Source of the DNA: Octopus sinensis
Taxonomy: Eukaryota
Reading direction: 5' to 3'
Length of the DNA: 64,000 bases
Assembly (NCBI RefSeq): GCF_006345805.1
Contig: NC_043015.1
Coordinates: 35,340,001-35,404,000 of the forward strand
Shown here: piece by piece, positions 1 through 12,081 of the stretch
Layout of the letters: each line of letters begins with the position of its first letter
Numbering within the stretch: position 1 is the first letter of the stretch
Made by a program: the position numbers and the translations under genes
The notes under the pieces: generated by a model
The model's database searches: none
Told to the model about the DNA's origin: nothing
Seen by the model: only the letters and a program-made list of their open reading frames with translations

Positions 1-410
1 ATGAAACTTTTGATGCAGAAACACAATCCAACCAAAAATTGTATAAAGTTTATGATGTGTTTATGATGTTTAGTGAAAACTTTATGAAGTGTTATACCCC
101 TAACCAACATTTATCTATAGACAAAAGCCTTACACTGTTTAAGGGAAGGTTAGAAAGGGTCCTCTAAAAAGGAGGAGGTTTGCAGTGAAGTATTGTTTTT
201 TTGTGTGTGTGTGAAGCAGAGACTTGATATGTGTAGAGAGTAATCATTTATGTTGGTAAAGGAACACAGTTTGATTCAGAATACAGTGAATATCACATGA
301 GTTCTCAAGTTGTGCTGTCTCTGATGAAGCCTTTATTTGGTAAAGGTTATTGTGTTACAGTGGATAACTTTTACACTAGTCCCCAATTAGCTGAAACTCT
401 GGTTAGTCAC
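1..410 (+). mobile_element. Degenerate piggyBac transposase fragment (truncated by window start)
   Basis: Frameshifted translation shows piggyBac catalytic-region motifs: YTPNQHLSIDKSLTLFKGRL and MSSQVVLSLMKPLFGKGYCVTVDNFYTSPQLAETL. It is then broken by a (TA/CA) microsatellite. Confidence 0.85.
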
Positions 411-859
411 TACATATATATTATACATATACATGCACACACATACGTATACACGAAAACATGTATATATAACTTGCGGAAAAAATATGTAAATTTCACA
501 ATGGTAAAAAAGACTTTAACCAAATGGCACCAGAATGGAAAGACTGCTTGAAATTATCAGACATTATTTAAATAAATCTTAAGCAGCAGCTACCAGTGTG
601 TATAATGATCATTGTGATTCCTTGCAATTGCAAGAAATGAATGGCACAATCTGGAAACCAGACATCTATGGACTCAAATGCCTTCATTCAGTAACTAATA
701 CACAGTCAAGAAGAGCAAACTACAAAGATGTCATGGTGAACCGAGTTTGGAAATTTTGTTAAAACTTTGTCCAAGTGTAAAAGATTAAAATTTATTCCAT
801 AGTCTGTGCTGATAATGGCATGTGGAACTATAATAAGCTACGAAGACCTATTGAGGCAA

Positions 860-1365
860 GTGAAATCAAAATCAAAATTGCTGACATGGCCAATGACAGT
901 ACTGCCAGCTTGGCACTTGTGCCACTGGAATGTTAAAAGCACACCTGAGCGTGATCATTGCCAGGTTCACGGATTGGCTCCCATGCCAGTGATACGTGAA
1001 AAGCACCATTCGAGCATGATCATTACCAGTGTTGCATTGCTGGCACATGTGCCAGTGACATGTGAAAAACAACATTCGAGCTTGGTCACTGTCAGTGCTG
1101 CCGGACTGGCTCCCAATCAGGTAGCATGTAAAAACACCTTTTGAGCATGGTCGTTGACAGAACCGCTTGACTGGCCCTCATGCTGGTGGCATGTAAAAGC
1201 ACCCACTACACTCTCAGAGTGGTTGGCGTTAGGAAGGGCATCCAGCTGTAGAAACTTTGCCAGATCAGACTGAGCCTGGTGCAGCTTCTGGCTCACCAGT
1301 TCTCAGTCAAACCATCCAACCCATGGTAGCATGGAAAGCAGACATTAAACGATCAACATCATCAT
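860..1365 (+). mobile_element. RTE-tail non-autonomous element/SINE copy with internal ~63-bp tandem units
   Basis: Shares the block GAGTGGTTGGCGTTAGGAAGGGCATCCAGC...CCAACCCATG..AGCATGGAAAG..GAC.TTAAACGA with many other copies in the window. About five TGCCAGTGG..CGTAAAAAGCACC-type units precede it. Confidence 0.8.
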
Positions 1366-1901
1366 TACTATGAAGCAGGATTTGGTATCAAAACTGTGAG
1401 GCAAAAATGTTGCCAGCGAGTACAGTACTGCATTGGGGAAATTCAACCTGTCCATTCATCATGACACTCCCCTAACACTATAGGACCAAGTGTAAACAAA
1501 ATTGCAACAAATTTTGATTAGACCTATGGTGGGGTCAGTCAGGCTCTGGTATTCTCCCTACTGATGAGAATCCCACCTACACCTCTTTTCACCTACCACT
1601 AAAATCCATTTACAAAAACATTTTCCCCAGGGAGTTTACATTGCCTTCCATAACAACAGCTGTAGGGGCTGGCCGTGCTTGCATTGCTCCCACCCACCCA
1701 CTGAGAAATACTGCATTCTTTCACTTTGTTTTTTGAGAACTACACCACTGGTTGTATTTCATATTATTTAGATATTACATAAGGATAGTGGATATTACAC
1801 AGTAAGCTTTTCAAATATACATATCAATATTTCATGATTTAAATTAAATTACAAATGAACAATATTGCAAGAGAAATATAAAAATTTCATAATAGATCTA
1901 C

Positions 1902-2052
1902 CTTTTCAAGTTGTGGCACAGCTTGAGTAGAGTTAATACCTTTATCAAAAAGGCTAAGGACACAGGATTCAAAATCGGCCAAGGTAGTACTGTAATGTGG
2001 ACCTTGTTCATCAACAATTAATTCAATAAAAAATAAAGCTGTTTTCTTTGGT
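1902..2052 (-). CDS. DNAH1: Dynein axonemal heavy chain 1, coding exon 12 (last in window)
   Basis: AG|A...AAG|GTAGAT, phase 2 to 0. Encodes (K)PKKTALFFIELIVDEQGPHYSTTLADFESCVLSLFDKGINSTQAVPQLEK, matching recalled human DNAH1 PRKNPLFIMDLVLDSSGVHYSTPLEQFEASLLNLFDKGILATHAVPQLEK. Confidence 0.93.
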
Positions 2053-2384
2053 CTTCAACAGAAAATTTACATAATCATAGTTTAATTTTTTTAAATACAT
2101 ATATATATATATATAATATAAAATAGTTAATAAATATCAAAGCATTGTAATACTTAATAAATATTGTCTCAAAACTATAAGCACTGTAAATCATACATTT
2201 TATAAATATCATTACAAACATAGCCAGGTATAATATGTTTTATCATTATCTCAGGTATTACATTTTATACATACATTGAAGGATATAACCAGGTACAATA
2301 TGTTGTATTCATATCTCTATGGGTATATCCTGTTATCTTTTATGTATATCTCAATGGGTATATAACAGTTAATATTTTAGCACC

Positions 2385-2640
2385 ATCCGTTCATGGCCGT
2401 TGCCAGCCTCGCCTGGCCCCCGTGCCGGTACACGTAAAAAGCACCATCCGATCGTGGCCGTTTGCCAGCCTCATCTGACACCTGTGCCAGTGGCACGTAA
2501 AAAGCACCCACTACACTCATGGAGTGGTTGGCGTTAGGAAGAGCATCCAGCCGTAGAAACATTGCCAGATCAGACTGGGCCAGTTGAACTGTCCAACCCA
2601 TGCTAGCATGGAAAGCGGATGCTAAACGATGATGATGATG
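2385..2640 (+). mobile_element. RTE-tail non-autonomous element/SINE copy
   Basis: Same conserved body as 860-1365, ending in a (GAT)n tail at about 2628-2646. Confidence 0.8.
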
Positions 2641-3306
2641 AGGATGATATATATATATATATATATATAAATCAAAGGTAGAACATAAAAAACACAACAC
2701 ATGGAAACTGTAAAAAAAACAACATGCAAAAAGAAAAAAAGGGATGATAGCATGACAATAGGACAAAACAAGATACACGGATCATTTGCAGCCAATTGCC
2801 TCTTCAGTCGGAGTCCTGAATGCTCATGTAGTTTCACCCACTTACCCCCGATAATGCTCAAAACCATCTGGGCCAGAGATTTAAGCTAAAAGCATTAAGC
2901 CTCTGGGCAAGCCAAATGAATGTGCATATACAAAAACAAATAGAAAGGTTCTTTTGATTGTCAGATGAACAGAACTTATGAAATAGAATTATACATACAC
3001 AATGAACAAACACCTTTCGGCTATACAACAAAAGGAAAAAAATGAACAAAACAAACAGCAATTTTCGGCTATCAGATAAATGTAGCAAGCTAGAGCAAGG
3101 AAAATGGAAATGGAAGAATCTTAACAGACCATGTAGCAGCACAGAATAGATACAACGGACCTCAAGGTAGCTGGCCGAAAAAGAACAACAATGCCTGAAC
3201 CAAACAGCAATTGTGTGGTAGGGGAGGGGAGGAGTTAAAGAGAGCAGAGGGACTAAGGAATAGGAGAGAGGGGAAAGAAATTAGAGGGACCAAAGAATGA
3301 GAGGAA

Positions 3307-3340
<34 letters not shown>

Positions 3341-3770
3341 TGTTAAGGTTATTTCTACAGATATTATAGCTAGCACTGGTTTCTTTTGCTACACTGTTCC
3401 ATATTCAGATGTCAGACATAAACAATGAGATAAGCAACAAAAATGGGTAATGAGTGTATATGCCATATTTCAGCAGGGATTGGCCCTTCATCAGCTCCCA
3501 TCTAACCCACTCTCCCCTCTGAACACATTGTTTATATACCCACTGCATACAGCACTGTTAAGTTATTGGATGAACCAATTTACAAATTAAACGCATTCCT
3601 GGAGTTGGTATGTAAATATTAATGACTTGTAGATACGTGGTGTTTTATTATGTAACCATAATACACTATAAGTACATTAAATCTTTTTAACGGGTCCTGA
3701 TGAAAGCCCCCACCACCACCACCGATACACTTATTCGTCATTTTTATCTTCGATTTCATTGTAGCAAATC

Positions 3771-3985
3771 AGATGTGGTGTGCAAGAGAAACGACTGCGC
3801 TGGTATGGTCATGTATTGCGAATGAATGAGGACAGATGAGTGAAAAAGTGTCACACCCTAGCAGTTGAGGGTGGTGAAGAATGATCTTTGAATATTGGAC
3901 CTTACGGAGGCAATGACTAATGACCAGGACCTTTAGAGATATGCTGTGCTTGAGAAGACCCGGCAAGCCAAGTGAGACCATAGCT
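3771..3985 (+). mobile_element. RTE LINE ORF 3' end fragment
   Basis: Translates to CGVQEKRLRWYGHVLRMNEDR...DLTEAMTNDQDL*RYAVLEKTRQAK*, the typical RTE C-terminus. Confidence 0.75.
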
Positions 3986-4239
3986 CATGGCCTACACCCA
4001 CTTATTTGTACCCCTCATTCACTGGACAATGTTCCAACATATGTTTCGAAGGCAACATTGTTATTATTTCAGAAGGAATATAATGCTGTAAAACAATGCA
4101 ATCTTCTCATCAGGGAAAGAAAGAAAGAAACCAAACTCATCAATAAGACAGTTTAAGACACACATACATATATAAATATATAATACTAACTGTAATATAC
4201 TCATGTAAAAAAAAAAAAAACACCCACCACCCAATGCAC

Positions 4240-4610
4240 TATGTAAAGTTGTAGGCATTTGGAAGGGCATCCAGTCATAAAAACCACAACAGACAACAGA
4301 CAATTGGAGCTGAGCACTACTCCAGCTGGCCAGTTCCTGTCAAACCATCCAACTCACTCAGCATGGATGGGTGGTGGTGGTGGTACTGGAGGCTTTGATG
4401 ATGATGATTATATATATATATATCATCATCATCGTTTAATGTCCGCTTTCCACGCTAGCATGGGTTTGACGGTTTGACTGGGGTCTGGGAAACCAGGAGG
4501 TTGCACCAGGCCCAGTCTGATCTGGCATTGTTTCTACAGCTGGATGCCCTTCCTAACACCAACCACTCTGTGAGTGTAGTGGATGCTTTTTATGTGCCGG
4601 TGGCACGTAA
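4240..4610. mobile_element. Two RTE-tail SINE copies arranged tail-to-tail (+ copy ~4240-4410, - copy ~4420-4610)
   Basis: The + copy ends in (GAT)n. After a short (TA)n, a (CAT)n run and the reverse complement of the same body follow. Confidence 0.7.
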
Positions 4611-4727
4611 ATAAATATATATATATATACATAAATTTAAAATAATAAGGGTGAAAAAAAATTGAATATCAATTTAAAACCAGTGGTCTAGCATATTTAA
4701 AAATCTGAAGTTTCAGAAAAATTATAC

Positions 4728-5245
4728 TACATACATATAAAAGGGATGACCTGTAAGTGGACATCCATTATGCTAGAAGAAGGTCCACCATGGTCTAACC
4801 ACTAAGAAAGGAATGTTGTTAAGAAAATTTAGCAAAAATAGATATGTTTTCTAACCGGCAAAATTCACTGCAGAGAATTATTTTCTGCATAAATATTTAC
4901 GGTAATTTGGTGTGCCAGAACGAAGGCTTTTGAAAAGTGACCCCAATTTTATTGGTAGAACTGTATACATGTTCAATCTCATGCGGACATCTCGTGTATA
5001 GTTCTGCAAATTATAGTTGCTAAGACAATCATACTGACGAATATGCGGATGATTACGTAAACATTAACAATGAAACCTGGTTTGTGATTAATCTATATTT
5101 TGTATCTTTTCATTTGTTTTGCTCACTTACATTCTGGTGTTTGCTAAATTTTTTTTAGAATATTCTTTTCTTAGTGGTTAGATCATAGCGGATATTCTAG
5201 CATAATGGATGTCCACTTACAGGTCATCCTTTTTATATGTATGTA
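4728..5245. mobile_element. MITE-like element with ~105-bp terminal inverted repeats
   Basis: TACATACATATAAAAGGGATGACCTGTAAGTGGACATCCATTATGCTAG (from 4728) is reverse-complemented at CTAGCATAATGGATGTCCACTTACAGGTCATCCTTTTATATGTATGTA (to 5245). Pairing continues inward to about 4835/5140. Confidence 0.75.
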
Positions 5246-5246
<1 letters not shown>

Positions 5247-5277
<31 letters not shown>

Positions 5278-5432
5278 AAATATATATATACACACACATA
5301 TATATATATATACACACATATATACACATATATATATACACACATATACATATATATATATATACACACATATATATATATATACACATATATATATACA
5401 CACATATATATATATACATACATACATATACA
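5247..5432. repeat. Compound (TA)n/(TACA)n microsatellite
   Basis: Directly visible; it explains the YIYI/HTYI low-complexity ORFs here. Confidence 0.95.
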
Positions 5433-5770
5433 TCATCATCATCGTTTAGCGTCCGCTTTCCATGCTGGCATGGGTTGGACGGTGCAACTGGAGTCTGGGA
5501 AGCCAGAAGGCTGCACCAGGCCCAGTCTGATCTGGCAATGTTTCTACGGCTGGATGCCCTTCCTAACGCCAACCACTCCCTTAATATAGTGGGTGCTTTT
5601 GCGTGCCAGACAAGGCTGGCAAATGGCCACGATCGGATGGTGCTTTTTACGTGCCATTGGCACAGAAGCCAGTCGGGACGGCGCTGGCAACGGCCACATT
5701 CGGATGATTCTCTTATGTGCCACCGGCACTGGTATCACAGCTACAATTTCCATTGATGTTGATCGATTTT
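5433..5770 (-). mobile_element. RTE-tail non-autonomous element/SINE copy
   Basis: Reverse complement of the conserved body, with the (CAT)n tail at the left end. Confidence 0.8.
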
Positions 5771-5784
5771 GAAACATATATATA

Positions 5785-5832
<48 letters not shown>

Positions 5833-6082
5833 TTATGGATATAACCAGGTATTTGTTTGGTTCAGTGGTTCTTATAGGAATCTACAACAGTAGTAAGATC
5901 AACTCTTACTAGATTTAGTTTAACCTCAATTGGGGAATAATAAATTGTAGTAAATTCAGATGGCTAACTCATTCTATTTTATTCCTCAGACATTTTTCTG
6001 TATCATTTTATCATTTAAATACTTTTTAAACTGTAGCTTAAAAGATAACACGATGATTCTAAACTTGAAAAGACATACTTAC

Positions 6083-6213
6083 TTGAAGGGACTGTTAATT
6101 AGATCCCCTGTCCATGTGAAGGATTCATCGATGTCCAAGGTACTTCTGCATGAATTGTGTATCATTTGTGCAAAATTATACAAGGAATCATTTACTAAAT
6201 AGCGCAAAGTGTC
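6083..6213 (-). CDS. DNAH1: DNAH1 coding exon 11
   Basis: TTTTTCCAG|GAC...TTCAA|GTAAGT, phase 0 to 2. DTLRYLVNDSLYNFAQMIHNSCRSTLDIDESFTWTGDLINSPF matches human DTLRFLVQDSLASFSQFISDTCCSVLNCTDDMVWGDDLINSPY. Confidence 0.93.
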
Positions 6214-6906
6214 CTGGAAAAATTAATAAAATAGATATTATTTAAAGCAGAATCATTCATTGATGCCCCATATTTATTCATCACTCATTAACTCTCATTT
6301 CCATCCAACTGTAATCATTTATTCCCTAAGCTCAGAGTGATAATATTTTTTAAGGAAAAAAGTTTAATATTCAATTTCATGCATATTTATGTATGTATGT
6401 GTGTGTGTGCTTCTGAAATTGACGGAAGAGATATAATTTATCATAAAAATTTTGTTTCATTTTGATTAAAATACTAGTGACTTTAGAGCAAAACAGCTCA
6501 TTATGCTTTGCCTGCACTTAGCATGCCTGACTGTCATTCATTCCTACTCTGTTGCTTTGGTTTCCTTGGAACAGTGTGGCTGATGGGAAACACACTGCAT
6601 TTTATAATATGTAAAATAAGATTACTTAAGCATTAAGAAAGCAGAATGAACTTTCAAATACAAAAGACAAACACAATTAAGTATAGGTGTTGTGTAAGAA
6701 AATAGAAACACTGTTGGTTCATTTAGAATACTTCAAACTGATTTATTGAGCATTATCAGCCAAATACAAAAATATAAACGGAATGTTTTGTGTCCAATGA
6801 TTTAGAAAGTATGAATCTTAAAAAGTTAAACAAACTCAACAGCTTAAGAAAAGTATATATACTAAGACACATAACATGTTATCTATATTGATTTTTCAGG
6901 GATGTG

Positions 6907-6976
<70 letters not shown>

Positions 6977-7008
6977 AAACAAAGATATTTTACTCCACAT
7001 GGATAGAA

Positions 7009-8265
7009 ATATAGGAAAAATAGAAGTTGAAAATGCACTGAGAACAGTTAGAAAATATATTTTATTAAAATATTTGAAGCTTTAAAAACCAGGTTCACAA
7101 GTTACACTGATTTTCAAAAAGTTCAAATAGAAAGAGGTGGCTTATGGCGCAGCTGTCTTGCTTCTGACTTGTGTTTGAAGTTTACCCTGTTTTTGTAGGG
7201 AGTTCATGGCTTAAATTACTAATTGTTTTGAATAGGATTTGATTGACAGAGGGCCTTAGAAATTTTTCTAGTTTCCCCGATGCATCCATGTGTTAGTATC
7301 AAGCAACAATGTTTGGCATCTTAAGTTAAGGCCGACACAGTTGACTGAACAAGTCCAATCATTGCTCTGAATGTTTTCCGAGAAGAGTTTGTAGAGAATG
7401 AACACATGATTAAGTTCATAACCTTTTGTATGTTTCTTTCTACGTACATGCATTAGTGTCATGTGACAGTATATTTTGCACCTAAAAAGAAGGTCGACAC
7501 AGTTGAGTGAATATGTTTAGTTATAATCATGACAGACCAAATTTAATCCGTCTGGTGGGAAAGTGGACAAGAGTTGTTTGTATGTAGTCCAATGGTTAAA
7601 ATTTAGGATCTTAGCTGTGCAGCTTACTCATGATAAGTAGCAGAATGAGTTTTGTGTGTGAATAGTTATTTGTGAATGTACTCTGTTAAAATTTGATAAG
7701 TCTAGGTTTGAACTTTTGTGTGAAAGTATTTTCTTTGTTTATCTGTGCTTCATCTGTGGTATATGCTGACCATAGGTAGTGTGGGAATACCTGGAATTTG
7801 GGAGACTATTTTTTGCACATGTCTATGTGACCACTCAGTGGGATATGTCAAGTACTGGGGTCATGTATTTGTTGTCGGTGAATGGTCAGTCTATTTCTTA
7901 GAGTAAGCTTTGTTTGACCTATGTAATCTTCATTACATCCTTGACATTTGATAGCATATATTAAATTCTTTGAAGAACATGTAAAGTGATTTTTTACAGG
8001 GAACCTACAAAAATTTCTAAGGCCTGTCAGGTGACTATCCTTTAACAATCAAATCTTATTCAAAACATACACTAATTTGAGCCATGAACTCCTAATGAAA
8101 ACAGGGCAAACTTCAAACACTAGTTAGAAGCAAGAAGCTGTGAACTTTCTATTTGAACTTTTTGAAAATCAATGTAAACTGCAAAACTGTTTAAAGCTTC
8201 AAATATTTTAGCAAAAGATATTTTAACTATTTTCAGTGCATTTTCAACTTCTATTTTTCTTATAT
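7009..8265 (-). mobile_element. Penelope-like element fragment (GIY-YIG endonuclease plus 3' region) bracketed by ~270-bp inverted repeats
   Basis: The ORF at 8048-7848 reads FTCSSKNLIYAIKCQGCNEDYIGQTKLTLRNRLTIHRQQI (PLE GIY-YIG) and continues past a stop to ...ENTFTQKFKPRL. Segment 7009-7277 is a diverged inverted copy of 7999-8265. Confidence 0.8.
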
Positions 8266-8269
8266 ATCA

Positions 8270-10285
8270 TCATCATCATCATCCAGTGTTTTAAATCCGG
8301 GTTTTGTCCCTGTTAACAGGGGTGGCCGGATCTACCTCAGTGTCATAGCAACCACCCTCACACTATCTTGCCCATTTTGGGACATCCTTCTTTTTCAAGC
8401 CAACCAACCCAATCTCCCCTCCGCATGTCCCCTCCACGTTTTCCTCAGTTTACCTCGCTTTCACGGTCCATTTACCTCAAACTCAAGTACCCAACTCATC
8501 CTTCCTCAACACATGCCCATAACACTGCACTCCATTTGCCCTTGCCAGCCGTTCCACTGATTCCTCCAATCCCAGCATCCCAATCAAGTCCTCAGTCCTC
8601 CTCTTATCAAACCAGACATTTCTCTCACCATTGCTCTCTCAGTCCTTTTCAAAATTGCCATCTCTCTCTCCTTCAGACACTCCCATGCACCATTGCAGCT
8701 CTCATAACTCTTATATTTCCTGAACTTCACCCAGCCAAGTCTCACTCATGCTTCACATCCACCACTTACGTCCACCCAATCTCCCAAATAACAAAACCCT
8801 CTCACCATTTCCACCTCATCGCATACCATTTCCACTGGGTCCGCGAGCCCCCCTCCCCAGCTCCTTTCTCACATCTTTCACAAACAAACTCTCTTGCCAG
8901 TCTTGGACTACATCTATCATGAATCCACTTCTCAACTCTCAAACACAACACTGCATTTGCCACTACCCTCCTCCCATATACACCCACCTTACTCATTAAC
9001 ACTTCACCTTCCACCCTGCTCACCATCACCTTTGTCTTCCTGAGGTTTACCTTTAAACCCTTGCTTTCAAAGACCTCCTATTTCCAAAACTTCTTCCCCA
9101 ATCTTTCCATCGTCTCACAAACCAGAACAAGGTCATCCACATAGAGTATCTCCATTATCAATCCCTCTCTTGCACTCTCCATCACCACATCAACCACTAT
9201 CGCAAACAACAATGGTGACAACACAGATCCCTGACGCACACCAACTTTCACCACAAACTCCCCCAACAGCTCTGGATCCAATTCTAATGCTTGTCTTTAC
9301 CCCTTCATACAAACTCATCACTGCCCTCACTATCACATCTAGTTCACATCTCTTCCTGAATGCCCACTCAGTCACTTTCCTTGGAACCCTATCAAATGCC
9401 TTCTCCAGATCGACGAAGCACATGTACAGCCCCTTCTTTTTATTTCGGTATTCCTCTTGTAACCTCCTTACAATGAACACTGCATCTATTGTCCCTCATC
9501 CTGGCATAAAACCAAATTGCATCTCATCCACATCCACCCATCCACCCTTTTCCAAAATCCCCTCTCCCAACACCCTTTCCAATATCTTCATTGCATGTTC
9601 CAATAACTTCACTCCCCTATACGCCCCACAATTCATCACATCCCCCTTTCCCTTGAAGATCGGTACCATCACACTTAGTGCTCAGTCCCCTGGCATTCCT
9701 CTTCCATCAAGCAAACCCTGGAAAAGCTCCATCATCACAACAATCCCTATCTCTCCACTTGCAGTTATCATTTCTACACTTACCAGCTGCCTTTCCTGTT
9801 TCCATTTCCTTCATTGCCTCCACTACTTCTTCCTGACAATCCCTCTCCACTGCCCCCCCCATTCACCACAGCAACTTCCATCCACTGATCTCATTCATTC
9901 TTCTCCTTCATAATTCCCTCCACATGCTCCTTCTCACTAAAATTCAATCTTCCATCACTCCCCATTGTGCAGCTTACTCCCTCAATATCTCTTCCATCTT
10001 TTTCATTAAGTTAACAAACCTAAACACTCTACCTGAGTTCTCATCTAGGCTACTCAACCTCTCCTCAGCTCTCTCCTCAAACCTTGCTCTTGTTTCTTTA
10101 GTTTCCACACCTTTCTCCTCTCAACCATTTCTCACACACGTTTTAACTTTCCTCTTATCTAAGTCAGCAACTACCAACCTGTGCTGCAACTCTCCTGGTA
10201 TTGTCTTCACATATCTCAGATACTTTCTGTTTTTCCTGCCAGCCAAACGAAATCAATTTCTGTCTCATTCCCTCCTGCACAAACC
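8270..10285 (-). mobile_element. 5'-truncated RTE LINE, frameshifted reverse transcriptase
   Basis: LYMCFVDLEKAFDRVPR, VGVRQGSVLSPLLFAIVVD and EILYVDDLVLV motifs; (CAT)n tail at about 8268-8283. Confidence 0.9.
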
Positions 10286-10346
10286 CTAACACTATATATT
10301 TATATATATTTTTATATATATATATATATACACATACATATATACA

Positions 10347-10460
10347 TACAAGGTGGTATCAGAAAGTTCCTGGATTTTTACAAATGGTGACTGTTTTGAG
10401 CTTCTCATTTAAACGTGGTTTTCAAACTGATATTTTAGACTTTGTTATCCACTGTGTAAG
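10347..10460. mobile_element. Mariner-like TIR end fragment
   Basis: TACAAGGTGGTATCAGAAAGTTCCTGGA closely matches the mariner end at 25357 (TATGAGGTGGTATCAAAAAGTTCCTGGA). Confidence 0.5.
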
Positions 10461-10753
10461 CAGGGTTGTTGAATTAAAGATACACACATATAAATACAGA
10501 TACACAGACAATGCAAACATATTCATTCATGTATACACATACATACACATTTGTGTATATCAAAAGGAAAGGATGCATATATACAGAAATTCTAGAATTT
10601 TCTGCTGCTTTAAATAAAGTATATTACTCTACCACTGGTATTTGAGTACTCTTTTTTCCCACCTTGTTTCACATTTATGTGTTTACTCCGGTATATATAT
10701 ATACATTTATAAATATACATGTATGTATATATGTGTGTGTGTGTATATATATA

Positions 10754-12045
10754 CGAGGGGCGTTCAATAAGTAATGCCTCTGACCCACTTGCCTTTGTTT
10801 GATCTAGCTGAAATTTTGCATGTGCAATTATTGATATCTCTATAGAGTAAGTGGCAAATTACAGCTCCGAACTAATTGTGGTTTCTGATTTACAGGTGTT
10901 TGAAATGAGTCAAGTGGGTAATGGAGCATGTTGAGTGTCGAGCAGTGATCCAGTTTTTATATTTGAAATGACGCACACCACAGGAGACTTTTAATGAAAT
11001 GAAAGTAACTTATGGTGATGATGCCTCATCATATGACCTTGTAAAACGCTGGCATCGTGAATTCAAACATGGTTGGAACTCTGTGGAAACAGCTCCCAGA
11101 TCTGGTCGCACCCCTTCTGCCATTGATGAGGCATCTGTTCGTCAAGTTGAGGCTGCCATTTTGGAAGATCGATGCATAACTATTCGCCAAATAGCCCATG
11201 AGGTCAAGATTAGTACCAGGTCTGTGGAAACTATCATTCATGACCATTTGCATATGCAAAAGGTGTCTGCCAGATGGATTTCCAGGTTGCTCACACTTTT
11301 CCAGAAGCAAGAATGCAAGAATTCCAGAAGCAAGAATTTAGGGATGTGCCAAGAAGATGAGTCAAAATTTTTCAAAAGACTGATTACACAGGATGAAACC
11401 TGGGTCCATCACTATGATCCAGAGACCAAAGCCCAGTCAATGCAGTGGAAGCACCATGACTCACCTCCTCCAAAGAAGGCAAGGGTACAGCCCTCCGCTG
11501 GCAAGGTCATGCTCACAGTCTTCTGGGACCAGGACGGAGTAGTGATGACAGATTTCCTGGCAAAGGGTACCACAATTACAGGAGCCTATCATGTTTCACT
11601 TTTGAGGAAATTAAGAGAAGCTATCGAAACCAAGAGGCAGGGCAAGATCAGCAAAGGCATCCTCCTCCTGCAGGACAACGCTCCGGTCCACAACTCGCGT
11701 GTCGCCAGATCAGAAGCACAGGCGTGCGGCTATGAACTCTTCCCCCATCCCCCTACTCTCCTAACCTTGCACCCTCTGATTTTCACCTCTTCCCAGCCAT
11801 GAAGTTGTTTTTGAAAGGAAAGCGTTTCCCAGATGATGCAGCCTTGATTTCTGAAGTCACGTCGTGGTTGGACGACCAAGCTGGGGTCTTCTACGAAAAC
11901 GGTCTCCAGAACTGCATCAAACGATGGGAGAAATGCGTACCTCTGGGTTGTTCCTATGTAGAAAAAGACTAATACCTGTGCCAAGATTCGTTGCTCTACT
12001 GTTATGGGAAGTGGGTCAGGGGCATTACTTATTGAACGCCCCTCG
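10754..12045 (+). mobile_element. Full-length mariner (DD34D) transposon, inactivated
   Basis: TIRs CGAGGGGCGTTCAATAAGTAATGCC and GGCATTACTTATTGAACGCCCCTCG are flanked by TA; length 1292 bp. The transposase starts at ATG 10921 (MEHVECRAVIQFLYLK*RTPQETFNEMKVTYG) and has WISR, ITQDETWVHHY, LLQDNAPVH and a frameshifted HPP(Y)SPNLAPSDFHLFPAMK. Confidence 0.95.

Positions 12046-12081
<36 letters not shown>

Noticed and set aside
860-1210. Regularly spaced repeats superficially like a CRISPR array
   Set aside because: Whole units are diverged tandem copies with no unique spacers, no cas genes are present, and the context is a eukaryotic retroelement UTR.
3696-3720. CTGATGAAAGCCC (also CTGATGA at ~1561, ~12668 and ~49258)
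   Set aside because: No closing stem II followed by GAAA; chance or truncated matches.
5183-5589. Many ORFs of YIYI/HTHT/CVCV, poly-Y or poly-I type (also ~30200-30480, 39430-39770, 40815-41320, 48885-49110, 49950-50150, 60360-60875)
   Set aside because: They are translations of (TA)n, (CA)n, (TACA)n and (AAT)n microsatellites, not genes.
8368-10289. Long plus-strand Pro/Ser/His-rich ORFs (184, 247 and 121 aa)
   Set aside because: Antisense shadows of the purine-rich minus-strand RTE LINE.
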